Shown in pieces: positions 28,310-39,900 of a stretch of DNA of 64,000 bases; positions within the stretch are counted from its first letter, which is position 1; the number at the start of each line of letters is the position of its first letter. Under the pieces are notes generated by a model. It was not told where the DNA came from and searched no databases. It was given only the letters and a program-made list of their open reading frames with translations. Made by a program: the position numbers and the translations under genes. The DNA is taken from positions 9,241-73,240 of IMG/VR virus record IMGVR_UViG_3300021411_000006; one strand, 5' to 3'. The DNA comes from a virus (taxonomy: Duplodnaviria; Caudoviricetes).

Positions 28310-30340
28310 CTATGCGATTTTAGATAGTTGTTGTTTTAGTTTAAACCTGGGGAAGTAGTCGGTTATTTTTTTCAAGCCCGTACCTTCCGTGCGGAGGCCG
28401 CGGCTACGACACGCCATCTCAACCCACAAACAGGCCATGCCGATATCAAATTTTTGGGTTTTGGTTACATCAAATTTTATCAGGTCATTCAGCAGATCGA
28501 TAAAGAAAATTTTATCGGAGTTGTTCTCTACCTGCTCTTCCACAAAAAACAGGGCTGTGTGCTTATTGTCTTCCGTCGCCGGTATGCCAGCTTCTTTGTA
28601 ACCAGGCAGGCGCTGGAGAAAAGGGCCATATCCACGATCTTCAAAGTATCGGATAATACCGCGCTTGTTATTTTCTACCAGGATCTGACAGCCGAAGTAA
28701 ACGGACTGTTTTATCATATCCTCCCAAAGGATGTCGGCAGTCAGTGGCCGGGCCAGGTACTTTACGACGTAAGCATTAATGAAGGGATCAGCATGGTTGT
28801 TTATATTGCTTATTTGCTTCACCAGGCTGGCACCATTGCTTCGCCTGTTGTCTTCGGTCATGTTGTGATCGTAAGGATCGCAGCTGGACCCGAAGCGATG
28901 ATTATTTTTAGGGAAATAAAGCGTACCCCTTTTTTCCAATAGGTTTGTCTCTTCAGCTTTTAGCATGAACGAGCGCAGAATCTCCCAGCGGCCCTGGGGA
29001 TCTTTTTGCCAAAGGACCTTTGTATCTCTTTCTCCATTAGCCCAAACGAAATTGCCGCGCTCAGTAAGCGAGTCTTTATAAGGCATGATCCCGGAGAGGC
29101 GGTCGTTTAGTTTTAACAGGTTAAAGTGACAGGCATCGTTTGCGGTTTTAAATGCCTCTTCCGCGTATAGCGGTTCTTTCCTTATCAGGTCGATAAGATC
29201 GGAAGGGTTATCTTTTTGCGATGCCCGGTCCGCCATGATGGAAGCAAGCGTTTCGGCTTCTTGTGGTTCGCCGTAAATATCAAAGTCTCCGCTACGGGCA
29301 GCGCTCATAAAAAAATGGTACAGGCCGCTTTTGGTTTGCCCGTTTACTTCTCTTTCTGCCGGGTTGCTCTGATACCAAAGCTCATCAAAGCGGAAGCGGA
29401 CCCCGATCTCTTCAACTGTTGAAGTCACGATCATCTTACCGACAATGCGACGCTTATTATCAAGACAGCAGTGCTTTAAAACCAGGTGCCGCTTAATTAC
29501 ATCGTGTTCTACTTTGCCACTCTCATCCAACAGTAAACGGTACGTTTTTGTACCGTCATAAGCTTTTGGTTTTGCATCGCGGTAATCCAGCTGGCTTTTA
29601 AGTTCTTCGCTTTTTAAATTTCTGGTGGCTTCCTTACCTTTTTTGGATGTCTTATAAAAACGCAGCTTGCCTTTTGGTGTGCTACCTAAACTGTCATCCC
29701 ATATTGGCCGGAAAAAAGAAGGGAGTGATTGAAACTGTGGTACGATGGCTTTATCAAAAACATCCTGAGCATCGCCCTGGTTTTTGGATTGAATACCACC
29801 CAGTGCCCGCTTTGTTCTTGACACGGCTTCGTAAACAATACATGCCCCGCGGTATGACTTACCGTTACGGCGCTTACACACTTCCAGTAATCCAAAACAA
29901 TTCGGATCTTCTACACAGTATTGCCAGAACATAAAATACTCCAGGTCGATTCTACGGAAATCGGGGAGACCGGTGTCGAGTGGCCAGTAGTTCAGGAAAA
30001 AATAAAAGATGCCTGGGAGATAAACTGGATCGCCATTGATGTACACCCATACGCCGTACATGCGCCTGCGCCATTCGCGCTGCCGGATCGACTCCAGTAT
30101 ATTGTTGACGTAAAGGGGTTCTGTTTTACAGCGTTCAGCTTCCAGGTCGGCAGCTTCCTCGTAGTCGTCCGGGATCGTCTGCGGCTCCCAGTATTGATTT
30201 TTTGCAATGTTACTCCGCTTAATGATATCAACCGGGCCGATTTCACCGGTGACTGAATGAGTGCCAAAGCCAACAGGGGGTATCCAGCAAGTTAATTGCT
30301 GTACAGTCATGCAGCTCCCGCCTGGGATCTTTTTATACAT
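28310..30340 (-). CDS. terL: Terminase large subunit
   Basis: Walker A KRRNGKS, Walker B LLLDESGK, nuclease CDPYD and FDIGMA. Confidence 0.9.
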   Translation of the reverse strand: MYKKIPGGSCMTVQQLTCWIPPVGFGTHSVTGEIGPVDIIKRSNIAKNQYWEPQTIPDDYEEAADLEAERCKTEPLYVNNILESIRQREWRRRMYGVWVYINGDPVYLPGIFYFFLNYWPLDTGLPDFRRIDLEYFMFWQYCVEDPNCFGLLEVCKRRNGKSYRGACIVYEAVSRTKRALGGIQSKNQGDAQDVFDKAIVPQFQSLPSFFRPIWDDSLGSTPKGKLRFYKTSKKGKEATRNLKSEELKSQLDYRDAKPKAYDGTKTYRLLLDESGKVEHDVIKRHLVLKHCCLDNKRRIVGKMIVTSTVEEIGVRFRFDELWYQSNPAEREVNGQTKSGLYHFFMSAARSGDFDIYGEPQEAETLASIMADRASQKDNPSDLIDLIRKEPLYAEEAFKTANDACHFNLLKLNDRLSGIMPYKDSLTERGNFVWANGERDTKVLWQKDPQGRWEILRSFMLKAEETNLLEKRGTLYFPKNNHRFGSSCDPYDHNMTEDNRRSNGASLVKQISNINNHADPFINAYVVKYLARPLTADILWEDMIKQSVYFGCQILVENNKRGIIRYFEDRGYGPFLQRLPGYKEAGIPATEDNKHTALFFVEEQVENNSDKIFFIDLLNDLIKFDVTKTQKFDIGMACLWVEMACRSRGLRTEGTGLKKITDYFPRFKLKQQLSKIA

Positions 30341-30368
30341 TGGTACGGTACGGATTAAAAACTTTCAA

Positions 30369-30944
30369 CTATACACCTCCAGCCATGCTCTCAGCAGAAG
30401 TTCTGCCGGTCACGCCTGGGATATCGATCTCGCTGTCATCGCCAAACATTCTTTTATAACCTTTCTCTATTCGTTCGTTAATTATTTCCATGTCCTGACT
30501 AAGCTTACTTTTCACCGCGATGGCACCCATCTCGTCCTTATCCCCTTTCAAACTCTTACCTATCGGTTCCATTAGCCTCTCACCATATTCGTAAAAGGTT
30601 TCCTCGTTTGCACAGATCATAAACCACTCGCGGGGAAAGGCGAATTTTTTCAAAAACCTCACTACAACTTCCCTGGTCATATCGTCTTTAAGGGAGTACA
30701 TATCACTGAGCTGGTCGCTCTCCATAACGATGTCAAAGCCAGCGAACTGTGCCGCCATCTGTTTCCGCATCTTTATATCTCGGTGCTGTAGGATAAAGGG
30801 GCTATTCGGATCGTACAATACCAAGACGTATTTCAGGACCCGAATATCCGTGGTCAGGTTCTTCAGGATCGGCGACTGATCCAGCAGGTCCTTTGCCATC
30901 GGATTAAACAGGCAGCGGCTAAAATGTTGTGGTTTATAGTCCAT
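30369..30944 (-). CDS. Putative terminase small subunit
   Basis: 191-aa helical protein immediately upstream of terL; call based on position only. Confidence 0.5.
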   Translation of the reverse strand: MDYKPQHFSRCLFNPMAKDLLDQSPILKNLTTDIRVLKYVLVLYDPNSPFILQHRDIKMRKQMAAQFAGFDIVMESDQLSDMYSLKDDMTREVVVRFLKKFAFPREWFMICANEETFYEYGERLMEPIGKSLKGDKDEMGAIAVKSKLSQDMEIINERIEKGYKRMFGDDSEIDIPGVTGRTSAESMAGGV

Positions 30945-30976
30945 CGGTACGGTTAGAATATTTAACCAAAGTTAGT

Positions 30977-33900
30977 TTAAGGTCGATACATATAAATCCG
31001 GTTATCTTTCAAAAACTTAACAAAGTCCGAAAACTCCTGTTCTGTTGCGTCTGCCTTGTACAGATCAACGATGGCTTTTTTCGTTTCGTTTGACTGCACG
31101 TTAATGATCTGGTTGGCAAACATTTTCTCTTTTGCCGACTGTGCCAGGTTCTTTACATCATCCTTTTTAAGCAGCACGATTGCCTTTGATGCTATAGTCT
31201 GCATATCACGGCCATCCTGTTCAGTTTGCGGCGCATCCTTGCCCGTGTAAGCCTTGAACGTATCAAAAATCAGTTTCCGCATATCTACCTCTCCGCCTTT
31301 TACTACCGAGTCGGTTTGCGCGTCCAGCGCTTTCTTTAAATCCACATCGATCCCCTGCAACCGGATTGCTGCCTTGCGTTCCTGTTCGCTCTGTACTTTA
31401 TCCAGGGCTTCCCGGTCGCCGCGATCAGTTTCAAAGTAGATACGCCGTAAAGCTGGTATCATCGATATGATCTTTTCTTTTGTGGACATCGTGCCGTCAT
31501 CGTACTGGGGCACCCGGATACCAAGTTTGTTAAGGCTCCACTTGAACATATCACCCAGGGCCTCTTTGCCGCCCATTTTAAAATTGCGGTCACCGATAAC
31601 ATTGCGCTTTTTAAACTTATCATACGGGTTTATATCATTAACAGCATACTCCCACCACTTGCTATACAGATCGACTCCGGATTGGTAGTCTGGTAAGCGG
31701 TTTACTACGCCGTCGAGGACTCCCCGTATCTTTTGTTTAACGCTGGTCTTTTCGGTCAGATTTTGTATGTTATTCCAGGTGAATGTTTCAACGTCGTCTA
31801 AAGGAATTTTTAAACCCTTCGCTTTGCCAGTTTCTGTTACGCCAAGTGGGATGAGCATGTAGTTACTACGGTTATAAGATCCTACTTTTTCAAACCAGTC
31901 CTCCAGGTCCTTGCCGAACAAACCGTTTTTAGCTGCGGCAGTCAGCAGCGCGGGGATACCAATAGTCAGGCCGACATACAACCAATAAGCTCCTTTTCCT
32001 TTCGGAGCGGTTGCGATACCAGCATCTGTACGGAGGCCCTGTAAGATCACGGACGAGAAAGGTATCCAGGAGATGAATTTCTTTGCGCCAAACCTTTCGC
32101 TGTAATTCGGGGTGCCGATATAGTTTCTGGTATAGTAAGCAGCTGCCTCCGGACCCATGTGCTTTTCCAGGATCTTAAACATAGCAACCTTTGTTCTCAT
32201 CTCTATATGAGAACCTGGCTTGGCCAGAAAATATTCGGGGATTATTAATGCCAGGTCACGGATCTTGGTCATCAGCGTCCGTCTTTTACTTATACCCAGG
32301 TGACCAGAAAGGAAATCGTAGTGAGATAAAAAGTTCGCCATGCCGTTATAATTCGCATCAAATCCCGCGAACAAAGCGGACTCCGGATTTACAGCGCCGT
32401 ACTCCAGCATGCGTTTTGCAACACCTGTAGGCTCGTGCTTAAAGAAGCTCTTTGTATCGTAATAAGATGCCCACCAGGACTGAGCATATTCGGCATGTAT
32501 TTTTATGAAGTCTCTTTTTTGCAGCGCTCCGTTTGCCGACAGGATAGCTATTGTGTTTTTTATTGTCCGCTTACTATCTTTTACCGGATTTACAATAAAG
32601 ATAAAGCCAGGGTTGTACTTTGTCCATGCCATCCGGAGCGGAATTGCGGCAGCAGAAAGCATTTCGTTTACCAGTGATACTTTTTCCGGAGGGTGTGCGT
32701 TATAAACTTCCGCTATATACTTTTCGGTAATAAAAATCTTATTCTTCCCCCCTTGCTTATACCGGATATATTCCTGGCCAGGTTTAAGTTTTACGCTTGG
32801 GTTTCCGCGGAAGTCATAAGCGCAAGCTATGACGCTATCCGGATCAACCTTTTGAAGCGACTCTTTACCGATAACAATCGCACGGTTTTTTGATGCCGCC
32901 CGCTGAACCATAACCATTTTTACCATCGTCTCCAGGAAAGGATTGGCAATTTCACCAAGTCCACCCTGTATGCCCAGCATCTGCGCGCTCTGAATCAACT
33001 CGGTAATATATTTTACCGGCTTGTAGGTAGCGTAGTTGAATTTATTTTTTTCTGCCTCGTCCATTTGATCCCGGCTCATTAACCCGGAGTCGTAAGCGTC
33101 TTCTATTGTATTAAAACCAAGTTCATAAAAATTGTCAAGGGCCTCCTGTATAACGTCCTGCTGGGCTGAAGTATATTTATCCAGAACCTTTTGAATCAGA
33201 TCAAGATTTTGTTCGTCGGTCTGCAAACCAAGTGGGTTGCCTTTCCCCTTCCGTGCTGGCGACATATTACGCGTGTACTGCACGATAAGACCTACATCAT
33301 CTAAACTTACTCCAGCATCACGAACCGGTTTTACTGTTTTAGTATTGTAATTATTCAACATCAGCGCCGCAGGTGCCTTCCACATTTCCATTTGCTCAAA
33401 AGCATTCCTGGTTTCTTCGTATTGGCTTAATTTGTTGCCAGTCTTCGTAGTATCCAGTTTGTCTCCAAGCGGGCTAAACACTGAAAACATTTCGCGCTTT
33501 ACCCTGGCCCAAAGTCCTTCGTTGCGCTTCTCAATTTTCAAAAGATCCGCGCGCTTCGCTTCAGCCTTACGGTAACCTTCAATAGTATTTTTTTCTCTTT
33601 CCGCTTTCACTTTCTCCGGATCGGTAAGCAGATCCATCAGGTCCTCGTACACAGCTTTGAAAGCGGGCTTTTGGTCCAGGTAATTCATAAACGCCTGGAA
33701 AAACATGGGAGCTTTTTTCTCCAGCTGGCCAGGGCTGTTAAAGAGCCCGCTTATCATATCGGCGTATATCTCGACGGAAGATTTACGATACTTCCGAAAG
33801 CCTGGGCTTGCGGTCGCTTCATCGTATGGCCTCCAGAGCTTACTAAACCTGTAAGCTTCCTCGTAGATTTTTCTTTCTTCCCACAGCATTCTTTTATTCA

Positions 33901-36900
33901 TCTCGTCACGAATGCGATCTTTTGCCCTGTCTCTCCAGCCTTCACCTTTTGTAATAACTTGTATTTTGTTGCCGGTTGGTATCTTTTCAATCTTGGTAAA
34001 CTTTTTCAACATGTCATCGATGAGCCCTTTCATGGCTGCGACTACGATCCGTTTTTTATCCTTCGTGCTGAGTCGCTGAATAAAGTCAAGTAAGGCAGGG
34101 TTGTTTATACCAGCCTGCACGTCATTCCAAACGGCCAGCACATCATCAGGAGTAAGTCCGGTAACCTTCTCTATATATTCATCTTCCTCGGTAATAATAT
34201 CGTCGTCCGGCTTGGCTTTCTCTTCCGCAGTGATCCGGTCGATATCGGCTTGGGTAAGTGGGCCCGGTCCACCTGGTTCTTTCGGCAAGAATTTTTCCAT
34301 GAAAGCCTTTAACGAGGCGATCCTTCCCAGGATATTACCACGACTCAGGGTTTCGTCAGGAATAAAATCGACAAAGTGGCCAATCTCGTGCGCCATTGTT
34401 TTCATCAGGTCGTCGTAGTGCGCCGGGTTAAATAGCTCCCGGTTAAGCACGATCTTTTTAAGCGCCGGGGAGAAATACCCGAAAGCTGTGGCCAGTTTTT
34501 TTATCTCCGGATATTTGCCTTCCGCAATAGTACGGGCCAGCTGTACCAGCTCCGGGAAGTCTATCGGCATTAAACGGTTATCGGTGGTCGCTTCTTTTGG
34601 TATGTCGGAATAGTGGCCAGTCGCGAACTGATCGACATAATCTTCAGCCTCCTTTTTGGACATCGCTGTACGCTCCTGGAGAATATCTGTTATATCCTTG
34701 TCGGACATACCAGCGGCTTTTTGTTTCTTTACCCACTCTTCCACCTTTGCGGCTTTGTCGCCGTATTCGGCTTGTGGGTCAAACAAACTGGTTTGTCCTT
34801 TCGCCTGCCTGTCTTCATCACGGGATTTCACCTGTAATTTTTCAACAGCAGCTTTTGCTTCATTCACTTTCAACCTGAGAGGATCAAGAATGTTTTTTGC
34901 TTCATCCCTTTTCACACCGAACAAAGACACCTGTTCACTACCGCCAAACATGCCGCCCTGGGCAGCTTGCGTTTTTGCTATTTTATCTTCGGCATCGCGT
35001 AAGTCTTTTTGCGCTTTCGTAAGAAGTGCCTGTGCGGCTTTTAACTCATCCTTTAATCCAGTATTACTTAATTTATTTGTGCCATATTTTTTCTGGACAT
35101 CATCCTTTAATATTCCCTGGTCCGCAGCGCTGATATAATCGTATGCGCCTTGTACATCTGGTCCGCCGCCGACTACATTGATATAATCAAACAGGGCTAT
35201 ATTAGAGACTCCGCAGGTTTCCATCATCGCCCTCAGCTCGCCCGTAACCTCGTTAACTGGCCTGTTACCGTAAAGGAAAATAGTCGTAGCTGCTGCATGG
35301 CCTGCAAAATTTTCCAGCATTTCCTTGCTGTTCATCCCGTCCTTAAAAACATAGTTGCCGATAATAGAACTCTTGGCATCCGCGATCAACATGCCCGCTT
35401 TTGGAATCGCGGAGAAACGGAGACCGTAAATAACCCCGGCAACTTCTTCGGAATTAAATGGAGGCTCCGAAATTGGAGCGGATAAAGCTTTCATACCGTC
35501 GAGCTTATGTACGGCCAGCGGTTCGCCTTCGGCTGGTTTTTCTTCCCGCTTAAAAATGCCTTCCTGGTTTCCGTATTTGTCAAGCAACACGTACTCTTCC
35601 TTATAAGTATCCATTATAAGGTGTTCCATCTCTATACCAAGCTCGTCCATCATCTTACCAGTACCCTTCGTTAAGCCTATATCAGCACTACTGGGGGTCA
35701 TCTGACCGGATGGGTGGTTGTGGATGAGGTATGTTTTTACGGCACTGAACTTTTTAGCACCGGCAAGGATCATTTTGCGATCCATAGGGGTTTCCGTAAC
35801 GGCACCCATAGAAACAAACTGAATGTGGCTGTTACCTTGCTTATCTACATGGACGGCAAAGCCAAACTCTATTGACTTGTCCTCCAGTAAGCGCATGATG
35901 TGCGCTACATCGGCGGCACTTTTTACCGAAGCCGTTCCTGTGAATCGTAGCCCGTGTTCTTCGCTCCAGACTTGTTCGACTGTGCGGATGTTATGCGAAT
36001 CGTTGGAAGGTGTTTCGCCTGGCCGTTGTACTGTACCGGAGATGGTCCCGTACTCAGCTGATCCGTTGATACTTTCGTATTGTACGGCTTCGCTTTTGCC
36101 TTCTTTATTTTTAATGGTTCCTTCATGCTGCGTGGGATTATCAAAATCTAATTTAATCTGCTCTTTGGCAGAAAGGTCGTTGCCAAAAATATTGTTCAGG
36201 TCTTTTCTTGCTTGCTCTTTAAGCGCTTCATCAGCGCCGGGAGCGTTCCCTGCTCTTTGAGCGCCGCCTTCAGTGCCAGGTCGTCCGCCAGCGTCTCCAG
36301 GAATTTCTCCCGGCGCTCCGGTGGTATCGTCTCCAGTGTCTTCGTCGCGGACGGGTTCGCCGCTATGTTCTGGCGTATCTTCTCTATCAATATCGTCTTG
36401 TCCTGGTTCATTTTCTTGGTCATTAAAGTTATCGGAACTTTCGTCATTTTCCAAAACCTCTTGTTCTGCCATCTCTTTTAGCCACTGATCTTTTTCCGCC
36501 TGTGGCATAGCTTCGTAATCAGCGTCTCCGCCTTTATAAGCCTCGTCCGGTGCTACATGCTGAGATGCAGCGAGTTTTGCTATCGCTTCGCGCCCGTTCC
36601 CGGAGCTAAGTGGTATGCCAGTCAGCTCCGCAAACTTGGTTTCTGCCTGGTGGTGTACTTCGGATTTTACAGTGCCGTCCGGATCGATCCCCCAGGGAAA
36701 GCGCATCATAAACTCAGCTACATCATCGGGGGTTACTTCCACACCTTCGCCATGCTGGGAGATAGAATTTGCGATATCATCGAGGGACCGGCCCTTTTTA
36801 CTGAAATAGTTTTTTGCGACAGATCCTGAAATAAGATTTTTATCCTTTACTCTTTCGAAAGACTCCTGCTTTACCTTACCGATCCCTTCAATAGCGATAG

Positions 36901-39900
36901 CTTGTTCAACCGAAGACAATTCCTGCGGTTGTCGTGGAAGCTGTAACCACGTCGATGCAATTTCAGCAGGGTTTGCACTATTATCCACTACCCACTTTGC
37001 AGCGTCCTCGGCACTATTGAAATCTGGTGCCTGGTCCTGCGGAGCAAGTTTGCCGATATTGTAGTTATATTTTTTAGCATGCTGTAGCAGAAAATTATTA
37101 TACCCGGTTTTATTTCTCTTCACCAGCTGGCCGTTGGAGTATCTTATTACCCGCTTGCCGCCGACATTAGTCACCTTGTACTTACCGTGTATTAGAGCTG
37201 GCTGGTTGTATATTCCGGCACCTGGTTCGCTGTTTATCGCATTCACTAAAACTTCCTTATCAGGGAAGGCAATAGTAATAGCGCGGTCGACTTCCGGATT
37301 ACTGATCGGAGCGCCGCCAAACTTATTCGCCTTGCCGTCGTCATCCAACCCGTATTTCTGTTTTGCCAGCCCCAACAATACTTCTTTTGCCTTCGACGGA
37401 TCTTTTTTAAGTTCCGCTCCGTAAGCATCTTTTATATTACCGTTTTCAACTTCGGATAAAAGGATCTCTTCGGGAACCTGGCTTTTTTCTTCTTCTTTCG
37501 TGGCGGGTTCTGTTTTTTGTTCTACGGGTTTTTCCTTCTTTTGCTCTTTCTCCCACTGCCCGTACTGCGCTACCAGCTCATCTTTTTTTACCTGGTCTGT
37601 CTCCGCAAAAATTTTCTCTTCCCACTCCTTATCCGTCTTGGGATCTTGGGGAAGATTATCGACGGGTGGCGGGACCTCGCTATCGATAATCTCTTCTTTT
37701 GTTTTTTGACTGTCGCCAATCAGCTTTTGTATTTCTTTTACTTTTTCTTCAGCCTTTTTCTTCAATACCGGTTCGCCTTCCTGGTCCGCTTTCCCCTGGG
37801 CCTCGGCAGCTTCAGTCTCCAGTCTCATCTCGTTTGCAGTTTGCAGCAAATAAGATTTTTGCTTTGCTTCAGGCATATCCTGCTCGTCCAGGGATCTCTT
37901 TACTTTATTCAGAAACAAAACTTTTTCCAGAACCTTTGCGACCTCTTCTTTTGTCATGCCGCTAAAATTATCGTTCTCGGCAAGTGTACGCGCAAAGCGG
38001 CGCGGACTACTGGCCACATCCCAAACGGCATCTTTTGTGAAGTTTCTATTTTTAAAGTCATGGTAAGCACCGATCAGGGAAGGCGCGAAGCTCGCCACTG
38101 CGAATAATTTTAATACGTCTTCGTCTTCGCTGGCCGGGTGTACCTGTTGATATTTCTGCTCGTTCAGGCCCAGGATTTTATCCATGCCCTGCTTAAACTT
38201 CGTTATAGCCAGGATCTCTCCCAAGCTCTTGCTATATCCTTTCGTAAACAGCCCAGCTGCCTCCAGGGATTTTTTAAACCAGTTGGTAGCAAGTTCTTTC
38301 TTTGCTGCCATTGCGATATTCTCGCTGCTTAAAGCCTCCAATACATCTTTTATACTTTTCTTTCCTACACCCATTACCTCGCTGATCTTATTTGCAGGCA
38401 ACAGGTTCAGCATTGCCACATAAGAGGCAGCAGTCGTGTACCCGCTAAGTATTGCCTTACCTGGTTCGCCTGGATATTTCGCATCGCCCTCTTTCAGTGC
38501 GTCACCCAGGAAAGTAGATGCCGCGACACCTTTACCGATTGCGGCATTTAATGCAGGCGAAGGATTGAACGCTGTACTTGCAGTGAGACCACCTGTAAAC
38601 CCGGCCAGCCCTTTGGCTACATTACCGGTCGCGGCCATCGACATTAGAAAGCCCCCGAAATCAGATATCTCCCCGATGATTTTGTAAGCGCCTTTCTCAC
38701 CAGCGCTCACCTGTGTCGCTTCATCGTTTATCGACTCCCTTATATTTTCGGAGGCTGTTTGGTTTGAGAAAGTGTTTTTTAGTCCTGTCAGCTGCTTTTC
38801 GATACCACCAGACAAGCGATTCAAAAATCCAGGAACATCGATATATTTTTTCAGATCCTTACTTACGATCTCGTCGTATATCTTTTTCTTTGTCGGGTTG
38901 TTCGCGTACAGATCCGCTGCAATCTTATCGGTGATCTCCTGGTTTTTGCCAGAGTCAAAATCGGCGAAGTAACTATTTTTGTGCAGCTCCTGACGCTTCC
39001 GGCTAACCTCATTGGCCACCACGTTTACACCGAAGTCAGGAAACTCCTTTAGCAGGTTATTGGACAGATGGTAATACTCTTCCTGGTACAGGTTCTTTGG
39101 TCCGCCGTAAACATTCGGTGCCCCGGACTCAACAAAGGCTGGGATGTTACGGTCTTGTAAGCCCCTGGAAACTATCTGGCCCATCTTCGCATTACCGATC
39201 AGCTCACGGTAATCGATCATGCCGTTAATAAATTCATTTGGGTGAGCCATCTCCAGGGCTTTTACTTGCTCATCAAAGTGCGGGTTTTCGCGCCGATATT
39301 TTTTCAGGAAATAATCTTCCAAGTTTTTGCTTTGCTCAATCTCGCTGACAGTATTATCGTATTCAGCAATTTTTTGCTTTGCCAGGTCAAAGGTTTCATT
39401 GCCGTCCGGAGCTTTGCCACCATTGGCAGCGATTTTTGCATCGGCATATTTTTTTGCCTCCAGACCATTGTTGAAGGTGTACTCTTTTACATAGTTTTGA
39501 ACGGCGTTACTTTTGGCCAGGCCGTCGTAAAGTTTATTATGTTTAATGGTATAGTCTTCCCAATCGTTCTCTGCCTTTATTTTATTGCCAGGTGTTTTCT
39601 GTGCAGTCGACTCGCCGGTACGGAAAAACTCATTGTTCAGTAGTGGGGTAAAGGCATCGGATGCTTTTTTGTTTTTCTCCCGGATCGGATCAAGTATCGA
39701 CTTTACAGGATCGTCGCTACCAACTTCTTGTTTAAACGTATCGACAGCTGATCCCAGCTCGTCGCTGACATGGCCAGCCTCGGGTATTTTGATCCGGTGT
39801 ACCTGGTTTGCGATATCTCCAGGTGTGCCCAGCTTTTCTGGGTTTAAATATCTTTTTCTGCCGTCCGCTTCATTCAGGTATGGAAATTCCTCTGGCTTCT